Assembly: GCA_965223265.1 (NCBI GenBank)
Contig: OZ244999.1
Location: 5,056,001 to 5,120,000 of the forward strand
Source of the DNA: Planctomycetota bacterium
Lineage (GTDB): Bacteria > Planctomycetota > UBA8108 > SXIK01
Direction: 5' to 3'
Length of the DNA: 64,000 bases
Shown: positions 30,370-41,603 of the stretch, piece by piece
Position numbering within the stretch: the stretch's first letter is position 1
Layout: each line of letters begins with the position of its first letter
Notes under the pieces: model-generated
What the model saw: the letters and a program-made list of their open reading frames with translations, nothing else
What the model was told of the DNA's origin: nothing
Databases searched by the model: none
Translations under genes and position numbers: made by a program

Positions 30370-31160
30370 CGCTTGATTCCCGTCAACTGTGTTAGAGCCG
30401 CACCCGGGTCTTCTTGGCGCATAAGACTCTCGCCGATCAGGAAAGCGTCGACGCCCCAAGCGCTCATGCGCTCGAGCTCCTCACGGTCGAAAAAACCGCT
30501 CTCGCTCACCTTCACCACGCCGACTGGCATCTGCGGCATCAGGTCACGACTCGTCTCAAGCCGTACCTCGAACGTCCCCAGATTGCGATTATTCACTCCG
30601 ATGACGCTTGGTTCCAAACGCAGCACCCGTGCCAGCTCATCCTCATCGTGCACCTCCCAAAGAACGTCAAGATCGAGCCCCGCCGCGAGTTGGGCCAGGT
30701 CGCGAAGTTGGCCGTCGTCGTCGGTGGCAGCCATGATCAAGAGGATCGCATCCGCCCCGCAGGCGCGAGCTTCGTAGACTTGGTAAGGATCGATGATGAA
30801 ATCCTTCCGCAGTAGTGGAACACTCGTCGCATCGCGAATCGCCCGCAAAAAATCGAGGTGACCTTGGAAGTACTTCGCGTCTGTCAGCACCGAAATTGCC
30901 GCGGCTCCACCCCGCTCGTAGGATCTAGCGATCTCAACGGGATCGAAGTCTTCACGGATCAAGCCCTTCGAGGGTGACGCTTTCTTGACTTCCGCGATGA
31001 TGCGAAAATCCGCCACGCCGTGCCGCAGCGCAGTCGCGAATCCGCGCGTCTTCGGCGCTTCCCCGCAGGCGTGGATCAATTCCTCAAGCGGCAGCTGCCG
31101 GCGACGATCGCGGACTTCGCCGCGTTTGTCCTCCAAAATGCGCTGCAGAATGGTGGTCAT
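30366..31160 (-). CDS. trpC: indole-3-glycerol phosphate synthase
   Basis: IIAEVKKASPSKG, SVLTD, LRKDFI, GVNNRNL, VSESG. Confidence 0.97.
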   Translation of the reverse strand: MTTILQRILEDKRGEVRDRRRQLPLEELIHACGEAPKTRGFATALRHGVADFRIIAEVKKASPSKGLIREDFDPVEIARSYERGGAAAISVLTDAKYFQGHLDFLRAIRDATSVPLLRKDFIIDPYQVYEARACGADAILLIMAATDDDGQLRDLAQLAAGLDLDVLWEVHDEDELARVLRLEPSVIGVNNRNLGTFEVRLETSRDLMPQMPVGVVKVSESGFFDREELERMSAWGVDAFLIGESLMRQEDPGAALTQLTGIKR

Positions 31161-32179
31161 CGAAACGCCCTCAATTTCTCGAGCGTCTCCGCCGTCACAC
31201 CGCCGTCAATCGCGTCACGCGCCAAACCAGCACCTTCGCGCAAGTCGCTTGCCGTACCAGAGATCACGAGCGCTGCGGCGGCATTGAGTAAAACCGCCTG
31301 CCGCGGTGGAGACTTCTCACCGGCGAGAACGCGCTCGATGATCGCGGCGTTTTCCGACGCGTCGCCGCCTTGAAGCGATGCAAGGTCGACTCGCTCCAGG
31401 CCGGCGTCTTCGGGTTCAACCGTCATCTCCTCCACGCCCTTCGTCGTGACGACGCTGACTCGACTCGTCCCGGACGGACTGAGCTCGTCTAGACCACCTT
31501 CGCCATGGACCACCCAGACCTGTCGGCTGCCCAGTTTGGAGAAGACGTCCGCCATCTGAAGTCTCGCCTCGTCGTTAAAAACGCCGACGAGCTGTCTTTC
31601 GACTCCGGCCGGGCTTGAAAGAGGCCCCATGACGTTGAACACCGTACGAACGCCGAGCTCACCGCGAATCGGCGCCACATGCTTCATTGCTGGGTGGTAA
31701 AGGCGCGCAAAAAGGAAAGCGAATCCAACCTCCTCGATGGCTTTCTGGGCTCGCTGCGGTGGTAGATCGACAGGAACGCCCAGAGCTTCGAGGACGTCCG
31801 CGCTGCCGCAGCGACTCGACGCTGCACGATTCCCATGCTTGGCAACGGCGACTCCCGCGGCGGCAACAACCAGCGCCGCCGCCGTAGAAATGTTGAACGT
31901 TCCGCTGCCGTCGCCGCCTGTGCCGCAAAGATCGACGATGGGATCGCGGCGCGGTGCGATCTTTCGCGCAGCCTCTCGCATACCGGAGACGAAGCCGACG
32001 ACTTCGTCCGTCGTCTCACGCCGCACACGCATCCCCATAAGAAGCGCGCCGATCTGCGCTGGCGTCGCGCCGCCAGTGAGCAACACACCCATGACGTCGC
32101 GCGCCTCGTCGGTACTCAGCGAACGGCCGTTGCTAACGTTTTTCAGAGCATCGACGATAGCGTTCTGATCGGATGTCAC
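31157..32179 (-). CDS. trpD: anthranilate phosphoribosyltransferase
   Basis: CGTGGDG, FNIST, KHGNRAASS, GSADVLE; GTGA overlap with trpG. Confidence 0.97.
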   Translation of the reverse strand: MTSDQNAIVDALKNVSNGRSLSTDEARDVMGVLLTGGATPAQIGALLMGMRVRRETTDEVVGFVSGMREAARKIAPRRDPIVDLCGTGGDGSGTFNISTAAALVVAAAGVAVAKHGNRAASSRCGSADVLEALGVPVDLPPQRAQKAIEEVGFAFLFARLYHPAMKHVAPIRGELGVRTVFNVMGPLSSPAGVERQLVGVFNDEARLQMADVFSKLGSRQVWVVHGEGGLDELSPSGTSRVSVVTTKGVEEMTVEPEDAGLERVDLASLQGGDASENAAIIERVLAGEKSPPRQAVLLNAAAALVISGTASDLREGAGLARDAIDGGVTAETLEKLRAFR

Positions 32180-32751
32180 GAGTCGATTTCTCCGCAAATC
32201 TTGAGAAAGTTCTGCAGCAATTTCGGACCGGTCGGCGTCAGGATTGATTCCGGATGAAACTGCACTCCGAACGTCGAATGCTCGCAGTGCTCGATGCCCA
32301 TCACCAGCCCATCCTGAGTGCGTGCGGTAACGCGCAGAGCTGCCGGCAAATCGGGTTCAACGAACAACGAATGGTACCGCCCAGCCGAAAACGGGCTCTC
32401 AAGCCCCGCAAAAATCCCGACGGCGTCATGATACACCATACTCGATTTACCGTGCACAGGCTCGCCGCATGCAACCACACCACCGAACGCAGCGGTGATG
32501 GATTGATGCCCAAGACAGACGCCCAAAATGGGAATCGAGCCGGAGAGTTCGCGCACAGCTTCGACTGAAATCCCCGCCTCCTTAGGAGTACACGGCCCCG
32601 GCGACACGATCATCCCCTTCGGCGCTCTCTCGGCGATCTGCGCCGGTGTTGTCGCATCGTTACGACACGTCACAGGGTCGGCTCCCAACTCGCCAATGAA
32701 TTGTACGAGGTTGTACGTGAAGGAGTCGTAGTTATCGATGACGAAGATCAT
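32176..32751 (-). CDS. trpG: anthranilate synthase component II (glutamine amidotransferase)
   Basis: IDNYDSFTYNL, SPGP, GVCLGHQ, QFHPES. Confidence 0.96.
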   Translation of the reverse strand: MIFVIDNYDSFTYNLVQFIGELGADPVTCRNDATTPAQIAERAPKGMIVSPGPCTPKEAGISVEAVRELSGSIPILGVCLGHQSITAAFGGVVACGEPVHGKSSMVYHDAVGIFAGLESPFSAGRYHSLFVEPDLPAALRVTARTQDGLVMGIEHCEHSTFGVQFHPESILTPTGPKLLQNFLKICGEIDS

Positions 32752-32754
32752 CCG

Positions 32755-34260
32755 TTACTCCTTCCCGGCTCGAGATTCGGCCAGTCGGATGGCGTCGAAG
32801 AGCGCTGAAGCCTTGTGCACGGTCTCCCAGTATTCTCGATCAGGTACAGAATCAGCGACGATTCCAGCTCCAGCCTGAACGGTCGCAATGCCTCCGTGGA
32901 TGCAGAGCGTTCGAATCGCGATGCAGGTGTCAAGGTTTCCCGCAAAGTCAAGATAGCCGACAGCTCCGGCGTACGTGCCGCGGCGCGACGGTTCGAGCTC
33001 ATCGATGATCTCCATGGCACGAATCTTTGGCGCTCCGGAGACCGTGCCGGCAGGAAAACCGGCGCAGAAAGCGTCGGTCGCTGTCAGCTCGTCTCGCAGC
33101 TCACCCTCTACTTGACTGACAATGTGCATGACGTGGGAGTAGCGCTCAATCTCCTCGAGTCGCGACACATTGACGGTTCCAAACTTAGCGACGCGACCGA
33201 TGTCGTTCCTCCCGAGGTCGACGAGCATCCGATGCTCGGCAAGTTCTTTCTCGTCCTCCAGCAGATTGCGTTCGAGTCGCATATCCTCTTCCGCGTTCCC
33301 GCCGCGGCGTCGCGTCCCTGCGATCGGCCTCACCATTGCAGTGCGACTCTGAACGCTCACCATCGTCTCAGGCGAAGAGCCAAGAAGCGCTGTGTCGCCC
33401 CACTCCAAATAAAACAAGTACGGCGACGGATTCAGTGACCGCAGTGCGCGATAGACATCAAAGGGCGAGGCATTGAGAGGACGCCGAAACCGCTGCGACA
33501 ACACGATCTGAAACGCGTCCCCCGCCGCAATGTACTCCTTAGCGCGACGCACAGCCGCTTCGAACTCCTCTTGGCTAAAGTTCGACTCCATACCTTCATG
33601 GATGGACGCCGGCTCGAGCTCGAAAAACGGCTGCAACATCTCCTCCGGTGGCAAAGGCTGATCAAGCTCGTGCTCGAGTGAATCGAGGCGTGCGTACGCG
33701 CGTTCGAGCTTGCGTTCAAGAATCTTGTGGTCACCTGCCGCTTCAGAAACGAGAACGTTGGCAATCAGAAAAATGCGGTGCTTCGCGTGGTCGAACGCGA
33801 TCAGCTCATTGAAGAAATGGAACTGGGCGTCGGGGAGTTCACGTTGATCGACGTGGCGGTCAGGAATCGTCTCTATGTAGCGCACCGCGTCGTAGCCAAC
33901 ATACCCAGCCGCGCCTCCGGTCAGCGGGGGCAGCCCCGGGACGTCGACACTTCGAAACGACCTCACCTCCCGATCAAGGACGGTGAAAAAACTCTCGTTG
34001 CTGGTGGTGCTCTCGTCGCCGCGCTCGACGACGACTGCGGACTCTGTCGCGCTGACGGTTTGAAACGGACTGCGACCGATGAAGGAATAGCGCCCCAAGC
34101 GTTCCCCGCCTTCGACACTCTCCAAGAGAAAAGCCGGTTCCCCCGCATGTCGCAAGCGAAGAAAAGCAGTGACAGGCGTGAGCGTATCGGACGACAACTC
34201 TCGAAAGACGGGGACGACGTTTCCTTGTTCGGCGTAGCGGAAAAAATCTTCGGGCTGCAC
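32755..34260 (-). CDS. trpE: anthranilate synthase component I
   Basis: LLESVEGG..GRYS, NPSPY, PIAGT, EHRMLVDLGRND, GAPKIRAM. Confidence 0.97.
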   Translation of the reverse strand: MQPEDFFRYAEQGNVVPVFRELSSDTLTPVTAFLRLRHAGEPAFLLESVEGGERLGRYSFIGRSPFQTVSATESAVVVERGDESTTSNESFFTVLDREVRSFRSVDVPGLPPLTGGAAGYVGYDAVRYIETIPDRHVDQRELPDAQFHFFNELIAFDHAKHRIFLIANVLVSEAAGDHKILERKLERAYARLDSLEHELDQPLPPEEMLQPFFELEPASIHEGMESNFSQEEFEAAVRRAKEYIAAGDAFQIVLSQRFRRPLNASPFDVYRALRSLNPSPYLFYLEWGDTALLGSSPETMVSVQSRTAMVRPIAGTRRRGGNAEEDMRLERNLLEDEKELAEHRMLVDLGRNDIGRVAKFGTVNVSRLEEIERYSHVMHIVSQVEGELRDELTATDAFCAGFPAGTVSGAPKIRAMEIIDELEPSRRGTYAGAVGYLDFAGNLDTCIAIRTLCIHGGIATVQAGAGIVADSVPDREYWETVHKASALFDAIRLAESRAGKE

Positions 34261-34350
34261 TGGAGAACTCCAGAGAAAGGTGTTCGCAAGACTCGCGGGT
34301 GGTGACGGAACGACGAAAGCGTTTCGTAGCCGAGGCGAAAAGGTCAGGCC

Positions 34351-34378
34351 AAAAAAAAAACCTCCCGGCGAGGGGAGG
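34351..34378 (-). terminator. trp attenuator intrinsic terminator
   Basis: CCUCCC-cucgcc-GGGAGG followed by U10 on the minus strand, ~90 nt before trpE. Confidence 0.9.
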
Positions 34379-34407
34379 CGAGCTCTCGATTCTTCAATCC
34401 GTACAGA

Positions 34408-34491
34408 TCAGGCCTTCCCCGCGGTTGGTCGACACCAAGGCCACCAGTTCATGGGCTGACGAAGGATGACTGCACGCTTCTGTATCTTCAC
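34408..34491 (-). CDS. trpL: trp operon leader peptide
   Basis: MKIQKRAVILRQPMNWWPWCRPTAGKA (alternative start at ATG 34452); three Trp codons immediately before the attenuator. Confidence 0.85.
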   Translation of the reverse strand: MKIQKRAVILRQPMNWWPWCRPTAGKA

Positions 34492-34520
34492 GGTCACGGC
34501 GTCTTCACCGACCTCACGGT

Positions 34521-34565
34521 GTCTTCACGATTGTAGTCTTCACGATTGTAGTGTTCACGACTGCG
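34521..34565. repeat. 15-bp tandem repeat, three copies
   Basis: gtcttcacgattgta twice, then gtgttcacgactgcg. Confidence 0.85.
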
Positions 34566-34666
34566 GTCTCGGTCTTCAGAGACCGTTTTCTTGGCACTGC
34601 TGGCTCCGTGCCCGAAGACGTGTTCCGGTATCTTTTCCGGAAAGTCCGAACGTCGCGATCAGAGCG

Positions 34667-37600
34667 TCAAGATCCTTTCCAACTATGCTCCCTGGACGCA
34701 TCTCTGTCAAGGCCACGATCGTCCACTTCCCGGCGTCGATGCTCCAGCCACGCGCGGAGACACTTCGCTGTGCGCGATGTGCGCCATTGATCCACGAGCT
34801 TCGCCGGCGGCCCTTCAAAGAGCAGCTCACCGCCCCCGTCGCCTCCCTCCGGCCCCAGGTCGAGGACCCAATCGGCACCCGCGATCAACTCGAGGTGGTG
34901 TTCGATCACAACAACCGCGTGTCCAGCCTCCGCCAAACGCCGAAGAATGCCCACGAGTCGCTCGACGTCAAGCATGTGGAGGCCAGTGGTCGGCTCATCG
35001 AGCAGATAGAGACACGCGCCGGACGCCGTCTTACTCAGCTCAACCGCCAGTTTGACGCGCTGCGCTTCACCGCCGGAGAGTGTCGTGCTTGCCTGCCCGA
35101 GTGCCAAGTAGCCGAGGCCGAGATCCTGAAGTGACTGCAGAATGCGTGAGACATCCGCGTATGCCTCGAAGAAGTCCAAAGCTTCGTCAACGGTCATCTC
35201 GAGAACGTCTGCGATCGACTTGCCGCGATACTTAACCTCGAGCGTTTCCGCATTGAAACGCCGGCCGCCGCAGACCTCACAGTCGACCGCGACGTCGGGG
35301 AGGAAATTCATCTCCATACGAATGCGTCCTTGACCGCCACACGTCTCGCAGCGTCCTCCAGCCAGGTTAAACGAGAACCTCCTTTTCTCGTAGCCAAGGG
35401 CCTTAGCCTGCGCCGTCGCTGCGAAGATCGTACGAACGCGATCCCACACCCCCACGTAAGTCGCCGGCGTCGAACGCGGTGTGCGCCCGATCGGGAGTTG
35501 ATCGACTTCTCGCGTCGCAGTCAGAAGCTCACCACCGCGCATCGAGGCACAGTTGACGGCGGGCGAGCGGCGCCCGTGGAGAGCCCGGCGGACGCTGGCG
35601 AGCAGCACTTCGCGAACGAGCGTCGATTTGCCGGCACCAGATACGCCCGAGACGACGGTGAGTGCTCCCAACGGGAAGCTCGCCGTCACGGACTTCAAAT
35701 TGTGCACTTGAGCGTCAACGATCTTCACGACTTCTGGCGTAGTTCTCGACAAGCCAAGGTTCGGCTCCACCGCGCGCTGCGAACGACTGCGCCAATAGGT
35801 CGCGGTTGCGGAGCGCTCGCTTTCGATCAACGACTCGAGCGGTCCCGCAGCGACCACTTCACCGCCGTGACGTCCCGGCCCTGGCCCCATGTCGATGATG
35901 TAGTCGGCTGTTTCGATCGTCGCGTCGTCGTGCTCGATCACCAAAACGCTATTGCCTCGGTCGCGCAGATCCTGGAGCGTGCTCAACAGTCGCTCGTTGT
36001 CACTGGCGTGAAGGCCGATCGTCGGTTCATCGAGTATGTAGCAGGCACCTCGAAGCTTTGACCCGAGTTGGGCGGCGAGCCGGATACGCTGCGCTTCACC
36101 GGTCGAAAGCGTACTGGCTTCACGTGATAGCGTCAGATACGGCAGCCCAACACGCTGGAGGAATTCGAGGCGGGAGACAATCTCCTCGATGATCGGACGC
36201 CCAACCTGCTCGTGCGTCCCGGAAAATCGGACGCGACGGCAGAAACGAATGAGATTCTCCACAGTCATGTGAGCCAGCTCCGCGATGCTGCGGTCACCGA
36301 CTCGCACACCAAGCCACTCGCTCTTGAGGCGTCCACCGCGACACGTCTCGCAAATGATGTCACGCCCCCAGCGCTCGTAGTACTCGTAGGCGTCGTCGGG
36401 ATCGAGTCGCTCAAGTCGCTCTGTAACGAGAGTTGCGAGGCCTTCGAAGACACCACCGCTGTCGCCCTCGAACAGCACGCGCACCGCGCTACGTGGCCAA
36501 CTCGCCAACGGCAGGTCGACGGTTCCACTTTTGATCTTCTTGCCGCGCTCGAGGCGCTGCAGGCATCCGACAATGCGCACTCGCTCCGATCGCGCTCGCG
36601 ACTTCGGAAACGGCGAGTCACTAAGAAACGCCAGTGGGCCGCGAGGGTCACTGAGCCGCGCGTCCCATACAGAGACGACACGTTCGGGGTCGATCTCAAG
36701 TTGTGCACCGTAGCCATCGCACTCGTCACACTGCCCGTGGCGCGAGAGGAAACTGAAGTGCCGCGGCTCTGGTGGCTCGAAACTGCACCCGCACTGCGGA
36801 CACGAACGCTCGAGATTGAAGACCGTCTCGAGACCGTCGTCGCCCAAGAACCGTATGACGCCGCTGCCAAAGTCGAGGGCACGCGCAACAGACTCTCGCA
36901 AGACGCGAGCGTCGACGTGTCCCGGCGCGAAGCGTTCGACGACGAAGTCGATGTCATGCGCGCGATGCCGTGACAACCTCAGCTCGGTCTGCTCGGGAAT
37001 AGCGACCCACTCCCCATCGATACGCGCATCAAGAACGCCGCGACGGCGCGCATCACTCAGCAGTTTCGAGTGAAATCCTTTCTTACCTCGCACGGCAGGA
37101 GAAAGGAGTCGGCCGCCGCCGGTAGCCAACGATCGCACGGCAGCGTCGATCTCTTCGCGCCGACGCGGGATGACTTCGACCTCGCAGTGAGGACAAAACT
37201 GCACCCCAACGCGGGAGTAGAGAAGGCGGAGGAACTGATAGATTTCGGTCACCGTACCGACGGTCGACTTCCTCCCCCCTACCGTCGTCCGCTGTTCGAT
37301 CGCCACGGTCGGTGGGATACCTTCGAGATGATCGATGTCAGGGCGATGAAGATCCTCGACGAACTGCCGTGCGTACGGCGACAAACAGTCGAGGAATCGC
37401 CGCTGGCCCTCAGCGAACACGATGTCGTAGAGAAGCGAAGATTTTCCAGAGCCACTGAGCCCCGTAACGACGACGAACTGGTTCAACGGGATATCGACGT
37501 TGAGGTTTTTGAGGTTGTTCTCTCGTGCCCCGAGAACGCGAATGCAAAGGTCGTCTGTGGTCGCGGGAGTGAGCGAAGAGGCTCCATTTTTCGGGCGTGG

Positions 37601-40453
37601 ACGCGGTTGCCGCGATGTAGCTTCCCCGGCGTGCGCTGTCTTGTTGCCGCCGGAACCGCCGAGCAAGCCGGCGCGCCGCAACCACTCTCCGGTCCTCGAT
37701 CCCGTGCGATCGGCAGCAGCAGCGATCTCTTCTGGTGAGCCGGCGGCGACGAGCCGCCCACCCCGATCGCCCCCTTCCGGACCGAGATCGATCAACCAGT
37801 CGGCGAGGGCGATGACGTCGAGGTGATGCTCGATGACGACGACGCTATGGCCGCGCTCGACAAGGCCGTGAAGCACCTCGAGAAGTTTTCGGACGTCTTC
37901 GAGATGCAGTCCAGTCGTCGGTTCATCCAACAAGAAGAGGATGCGCTCGCCGCGTCGAGCGAGTACGCGACTTGCCAACTTGAGTCGCTGAGCCTCGCCT
38001 CCCGAAAGGGTATTGATCGGTTGACCCAGCCGCAGGTATCCGAGCCCCAGGGAGTCGAGGAGCCCAAGTTTTTCCTGCAAATCCAACTCGCCGGCGAAGA
38101 ACTCCGCAGCTTCTTGCAGGGTCAGATCGAGAACCTCGCTGATGTTGAGGCCATTCCACCGCACTTCGAGAACGCGCTCTTTGAAGCGCTTGCCGCCGCA
38201 CTCCTCGCATGTGAGTGTGACGTCCGACAAGAACTGCATCTCAACCTGGGTCACACCAGCGCCGGAGCACTCCGGACAGCGGCCGCCATCGACGTTGAAC
38301 GAGAAGTGCCCCGCGCCAAGATCGAGGGCGGCTGCATCGGGCGTGGCGGCGAAAAGAGAACGGATGCGCTGAAAGATTTTGGTGTAGGTGGCAGGGTTGC
38401 CACGCGGCGTCTTCCCCAGCGGCGACTGGTCAACGAGCATGACCTCGTCGACGAGATCGAATCCCTCGATCGCGCCCACCGGAGCCGGCCCGCTATCACT
38501 TTGGCCAGCGCGGTGCTGCCATGCCTTCCAAACGACATCGCTGAGCAGCGAACTCTTGCCAGAGCCAGAAACTCCGGTAACCACGCAAAGCACGTTCAAG
38601 GGCAAGTCAACGTCGAGCGACATCAGGTTGTTTGCCGCGGCGCCACGCACTCGAAGTGCATGCTCCCGGCTGATCTCACGCGGCGGAGCCGTTCTTTCGA
38701 TCCGTCGCCGCCCGCTGAGATAGTCCCCCGTCAAAGACTGCGGCGAGGCCTTGACCTCGTCCACGGTGCCGGCACACACGATCTCCCCGCCACGCTCTCC
38801 GGACCCTGGTCCGAGGTCGATCAACTGGTCCGCCGCACTCATGATCGCAGGATCGTGCTCGACAACGACCACCGTGTTGCCGCGGTCGCGCACCGCGCGC
38901 AAGATCTCGAGTAGTCGGGCGTTGTCGCGCGCATGAAGACCGATCGACGGTTCGTCCAAGACGAACAAGGTGTTGGCCAGCGAAGCGCCTAACGCCGCGG
39001 TCAGATTGACGCGTTCAACCTCTCCTCCGGACAGTGTCCGCGATTGTCGCCCTAGCGACAGGTATCCGAGCCCGACACTGTCGAGGTACCCAAGACGCGA
39101 GCGGATCTCCTCGACGACGAGACGTACCGGTCGGGAAATCTCGGAGCCGTCGAACGCCGTGAATGCCTCGGCGAGATCGCGGATCGACATCTGCCACATC
39201 TGCGGCAGGGTGCGCCCGAGGACGTGGAAGCAAAGGGCCTCCGGACGCAAGCGATCGCCCAGACAATCAGGACAAGTTTCGTAGCCGCGATAGCGCGCAA
39301 TAAAGACGCGCACGTGCATCTTGTATTTCTTGCTCTCGAGCTGATCGAAAAAACCTCGCACGCCCGGAAAACCTGAGCCACCTTCGAGGATCAAGTCACG
39401 CGTGGCGCTGTCATAACTCGAAAACGGCACGTTCGTCGGCACGCCGAGTTGGCGGAGAGAGGCGATGGCGCGGCGCAACGCTGAGCGGCCACGCCCAGTC
39501 TTCCAGGGACGGATCGCGCCATCCTCGAGCGACAGGCTCGGCTGCGGAACGATCCGATTCCAATCGAGTTCGATGACCTTGCCAAAGCCGCGACATCGGG
39601 CACACGCACCGTACGGGTTGTTAAACGAAAAAAGGCCAGGCGCCGGACGAACCAGCGCGACGTCACAATCACCGCAGTGTAGTCCTTCCGTGAAGGTGTG
39701 CAGGACGACTCCGTCGCCGTCGCACAAATGCATGCTGCCGCCGCCGAGACGGAACGCTTGCTCGATGGAGTCGGCGCGGCGTGCCTGAGACACACGCGCG
39801 GATGCCAAACGATCGACAACAACATTAAGAAAAGAACCGTCAAGATCTTGAGGTTCGAGGTCATCCAGCCGCCGCACTTCCGTTGCACGCAAATAGCGTG
39901 CGTAGCCTTGCCCGACAATCGAAGTGCGGACAACGTCGACGTCGTCAAAGCCCCCCAGAGAAACCGGAGCGACGATCAATGCAGGAAAACGGGCTGAGAC
40001 CGTGTCGTTGAGTAGCGCGAGGACGCTTGCCGTGCCCTCGGGGGCGACTTCGCGCGAACACGACGGACAGTAAGCTTGGGAGGCGCGCGCATAGAGCAGC
40101 TTCATGTAGTCATTCAGCCCGGTCATCGTCCCAACCGTCGAACGGGACGTTTTGATCGCGCCGTACGGATCGATCGCCACAGCCGGCGGGATGCCTTCAA
40201 CGGACTTCACGTCAGGGCGAGCTATGCGCTCGAGAAACTGACGCGTGTAGGCGGAGAACGTCTCAAGATAACGACGTTGACCCTCAGCGTAGAGCGTGTC
40301 GAAGGCGAGCGACGACTTACCGGAGCCACTGACTCCGGTGATGACGGTGAACTCGCCGAGACGAATCTCACAGTCGAACCCCTTGAGATTGTTTTGGCGC
40401 ACGCCCCGCAGCTGAATGACGTTTTTTAAACTGGGTGCTTTTGAAGAGATCAT
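34667..40453 (-). CDS. uvrA: double-length excinuclease ABC subunit A (two fused UvrA units)
   Basis: Four Walker A motifs (GVSGSGKS x2, [16 protein letters not shown]), four LSGGE/LSTGE signatures, AEGQRR twice, Zn fingers; ~1930 aa. Confidence 0.95.
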   Translation of the reverse strand: MISSKAPSLKNVIQLRGVRQNNLKGFDCEIRLGEFTVITGVSGSGKSSLAFDTLYAEGQRRYLETFSAYTRQFLERIARPDVKSVEGIPPAVAIDPYGAIKTSRSTVGTMTGLNDYMKLLYARASQAYCPSCSREVAPEGTASVLALLNDTVSARFPALIVAPVSLGGFDDVDVVRTSIVGQGYARYLRATEVRRLDDLEPQDLDGSFLNVVVDRLASARVSQARRADSIEQAFRLGGGSMHLCDGDGVVLHTFTEGLHCGDCDVALVRPAPGLFSFNNPYGACARCRGFGKVIELDWNRIVPQPSLSLEDGAIRPWKTGRGRSALRRAIASLRQLGVPTNVPFSSYDSATRDLILEGGSGFPGVRGFFDQLESKKYKMHVRVFIARYRGYETCPDCLGDRLRPEALCFHVLGRTLPQMWQMSIRDLAEAFTAFDGSEISRPVRLVVEEIRSRLGYLDSVGLGYLSLGRQSRTLSGGEVERVNLTAALGASLANTLFVLDEPSIGLHARDNARLLEILRAVRDRGNTVVVVEHDPAIMSAADQLIDLGPGSGERGGEIVCAGTVDEVKASPQSLTGDYLSGRRRIERTAPPREISREHALRVRGAAANNLMSLDVDLPLNVLCVVTGVSGSGKSSLLSDVVWKAWQHRAGQSDSGPAPVGAIEGFDLVDEVMLVDQSPLGKTPRGNPATYTKIFQRIRSLFAATPDAAALDLGAGHFSFNVDGGRCPECSGAGVTQVEMQFLSDVTLTCEECGGKRFKERVLEVRWNGLNISEVLDLTLQEAAEFFAGELDLQEKLGLLDSLGLGYLRLGQPINTLSGGEAQRLKLASRVLARRGERILFLLDEPTTGLHLEDVRKLLEVLHGLVERGHSVVVIEHHLDVIALADWLIDLGPEGGDRGGRLVAAGSPEEIAAAADRTGSRTGEWLRRAGLLGGSGGNKTAHAGEATSRQPRPRPKNGASSLTPATTDDLCIRVLGARENNLKNLNVDIPLNQFVVVTGLSGSGKSSLLYDIVFAEGQRRFLDCLSPYARQFVEDLHRPDIDHLEGIPPTVAIEQRTTVGGRKSTVGTVTEIYQFLRLLYSRVGVQFCPHCEVEVIPRRREEIDAAVRSLATGGGRLLSPAVRGKKGFHSKLLSDARRRGVLDARIDGEWVAIPEQTELRLSRHRAHDIDFVVERFAPGHVDARVLRESVARALDFGSGVIRFLGDDGLETVFNLERSCPQCGCSFEPPEPRHFSFLSRHGQCDECDGYGAQLEIDPERVVSVWDARLSDPRGPLAFLSDSPFPKSRARSERVRIVGCLQRLERGKKIKSGTVDLPLASWPRSAVRVLFEGDSGGVFEGLATLVTERLERLDPDDAYEYYERWGRDIICETCRGGRLKSEWLGVRVGDRSIAELAHMTVENLIRFCRRVRFSGTHEQVGRPIIEEIVSRLEFLQRVGLPYLTLSREASTLSTGEAQRIRLAAQLGSKLRGACYILDEPTIGLHASDNERLLSTLQDLRDRGNSVLVIEHDDATIETADYIIDMGPGPGRHGGEVVAAGPLESLIESERSATATYWRSRSQRAVEPNLGLSRTTPEVVKIVDAQVHNLKSVTASFPLGALTVVSGVSGAGKSTLVREVLLASVRRALHGRRSPAVNCASMRGGELLTATREVDQLPIGRTPRSTPATYVGVWDRVRTIFAATAQAKALGYEKRRFSFNLAGGRCETCGGQGRIRMEMNFLPDVAVDCEVCGGRRFNAETLEVKYRGKSIADVLEMTVDEALDFFEAYADVSRILQSLQDLGLGYLALGQASTTLSGGEAQRVKLAVELSKTASGACLYLLDEPTTGLHMLDVERLVGILRRLAEAGHAVVVIEHHLELIAGADWVLDLGPEGGDGGGELLFEGPPAKLVDQWRTSRTAKCLRAWLEHRRREVDDRGLDRDASREHSWKGS

Positions 40454-40557
40454 TTGATATCGACCGCATCGATGGGCTGGCCAGTGCCGCAAGCTGGGAA
40501 AAACTCGGACTGTTTGTGTGACGTTGACATCACGATTGAAAAAGCTAGGATACCTGC

Positions 40558-41181
40558 ATGAAGTCTGCCACCGAAGTCAACGGGAAAGACCTTTTTGTCG
40601 TCGGGTTTGTGTTCGAGCTGGCCCTTGTTCTGATCGCGGCGGTGATCGGTTTCTTTGCCACCGGCAGTGCCTTTCCATTCAAGTTCACGCTTTTCGATCC
40701 CGACTGGCTCGCGAAGGGAGTGGGTTGGGGGCTCGCATTCACTGTTCCACCTGCACTCTTCGGCGCTCTGAACGCCTCGCGCTTCTATCGGCGCATCCCA
40801 CCGCTTGAAAGGATCTACGAACGTCTGCGCGAAATGCTCGGTGATGGACTGGTCCGCATGTCGACTGCAGAGCTCGTGCTGCTGGCGGCGGCGGCGGGTA
40901 TCGGAGAGGAAATCCTTTTTCGCGGCGTTCTGCATCCGCTCCTCGGAAACGTCGCGAATAGCGTGATCTTCGGGCTGCTGCACGCGGTAACGCCGACGTA
41001 CTTCATACTTGCGGCGGTCATGAGCCTCTATCTCGGGTGGGTCTTTCAGTTCTCCGGTGACAACGTGCTGGCGCCGATCATCGTCCATTGGCTGTACGAC
41101 GTCGTCGGCCTCATCGCGATTCGCCAGCGTATCCGACGCGACCAAGCCGCCGAGTCGTCGCAGCAGGCTGCACCTCAGTAG
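40558..41181 (+). CDS. CPBP/Abi family intramembrane metalloprotease
   Basis: GEEILFRG, FGLLH, PIIVHWLYD. Confidence 0.9.
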   Translation: MKSATEVNGKDLFVVGFVFELALVLIAAVIGFFATGSAFPFKFTLFDPDWLAKGVGWGLAFTVPPALFGALNASRFYRRIPPLERIYERLREMLGDGLVRMSTAELVLLAAAAGIGEEILFRGVLHPLLGNVANSVIFGLLHAVTPTYFILAAVMSLYLGWVFQFSGDNVLAPIIVHWLYDVVGLIAIRQRIRRDQAAESSQQAAPQ

Positions 41182-41243
41182 CGCCGCCGGCGAGGAAGGC
41201 GATGGCTATCGAGCTGAGTGTGGTGGGTGCTCGCGAGAAGCGC

Positions 41244-41576
41244 CTACCCAGGCGGCCAATCCAGCCCACGACCACCAAGAAGGTGGACGTGCAGATGGAA
41301 CACTGTCTGACCGGCACCGGACCCGTTATTCACGACGAGGCGAAAGTCGTCGAGCTGCTCATCCTTTGCAACGCCTCGCGCCACCCAGACGAGGTGCCCA
41401 ATCAATTCCCGGTCTCCTTCCGCCATGTCTGCGACTTTGGCAATGGGCTGTTTAGGAATCACGAGGATATGGACAGGAGCCTGTGGATTGATGTCGCGGA
41501 ATGCCAGCGCTCGGTCGTCCTCATAGACGATGTCCGCCGGGATCTCGCGATCGATGATCTTCTGAAAAATCGTCAT
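41244..41576 (-). CDS. hinT: histidine triad nucleotide-binding protein
   Basis: FRDINPQAPVHILVIP, GQTVFHLHVH, WPPG. Confidence 0.95.
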   Translation of the reverse strand: MTIFQKIIDREIPADIVYEDDRALAFRDINPQAPVHILVIPKQPIAKVADMAEGDRELIGHLVWVARGVAKDEQLDDFRLVVNNGSGAGQTVFHLHVHLLGGRGLDWPPG

Positions 41577-41603
41577 GGCACCATCCTTCGACCGCGGCAG
41601 CAG

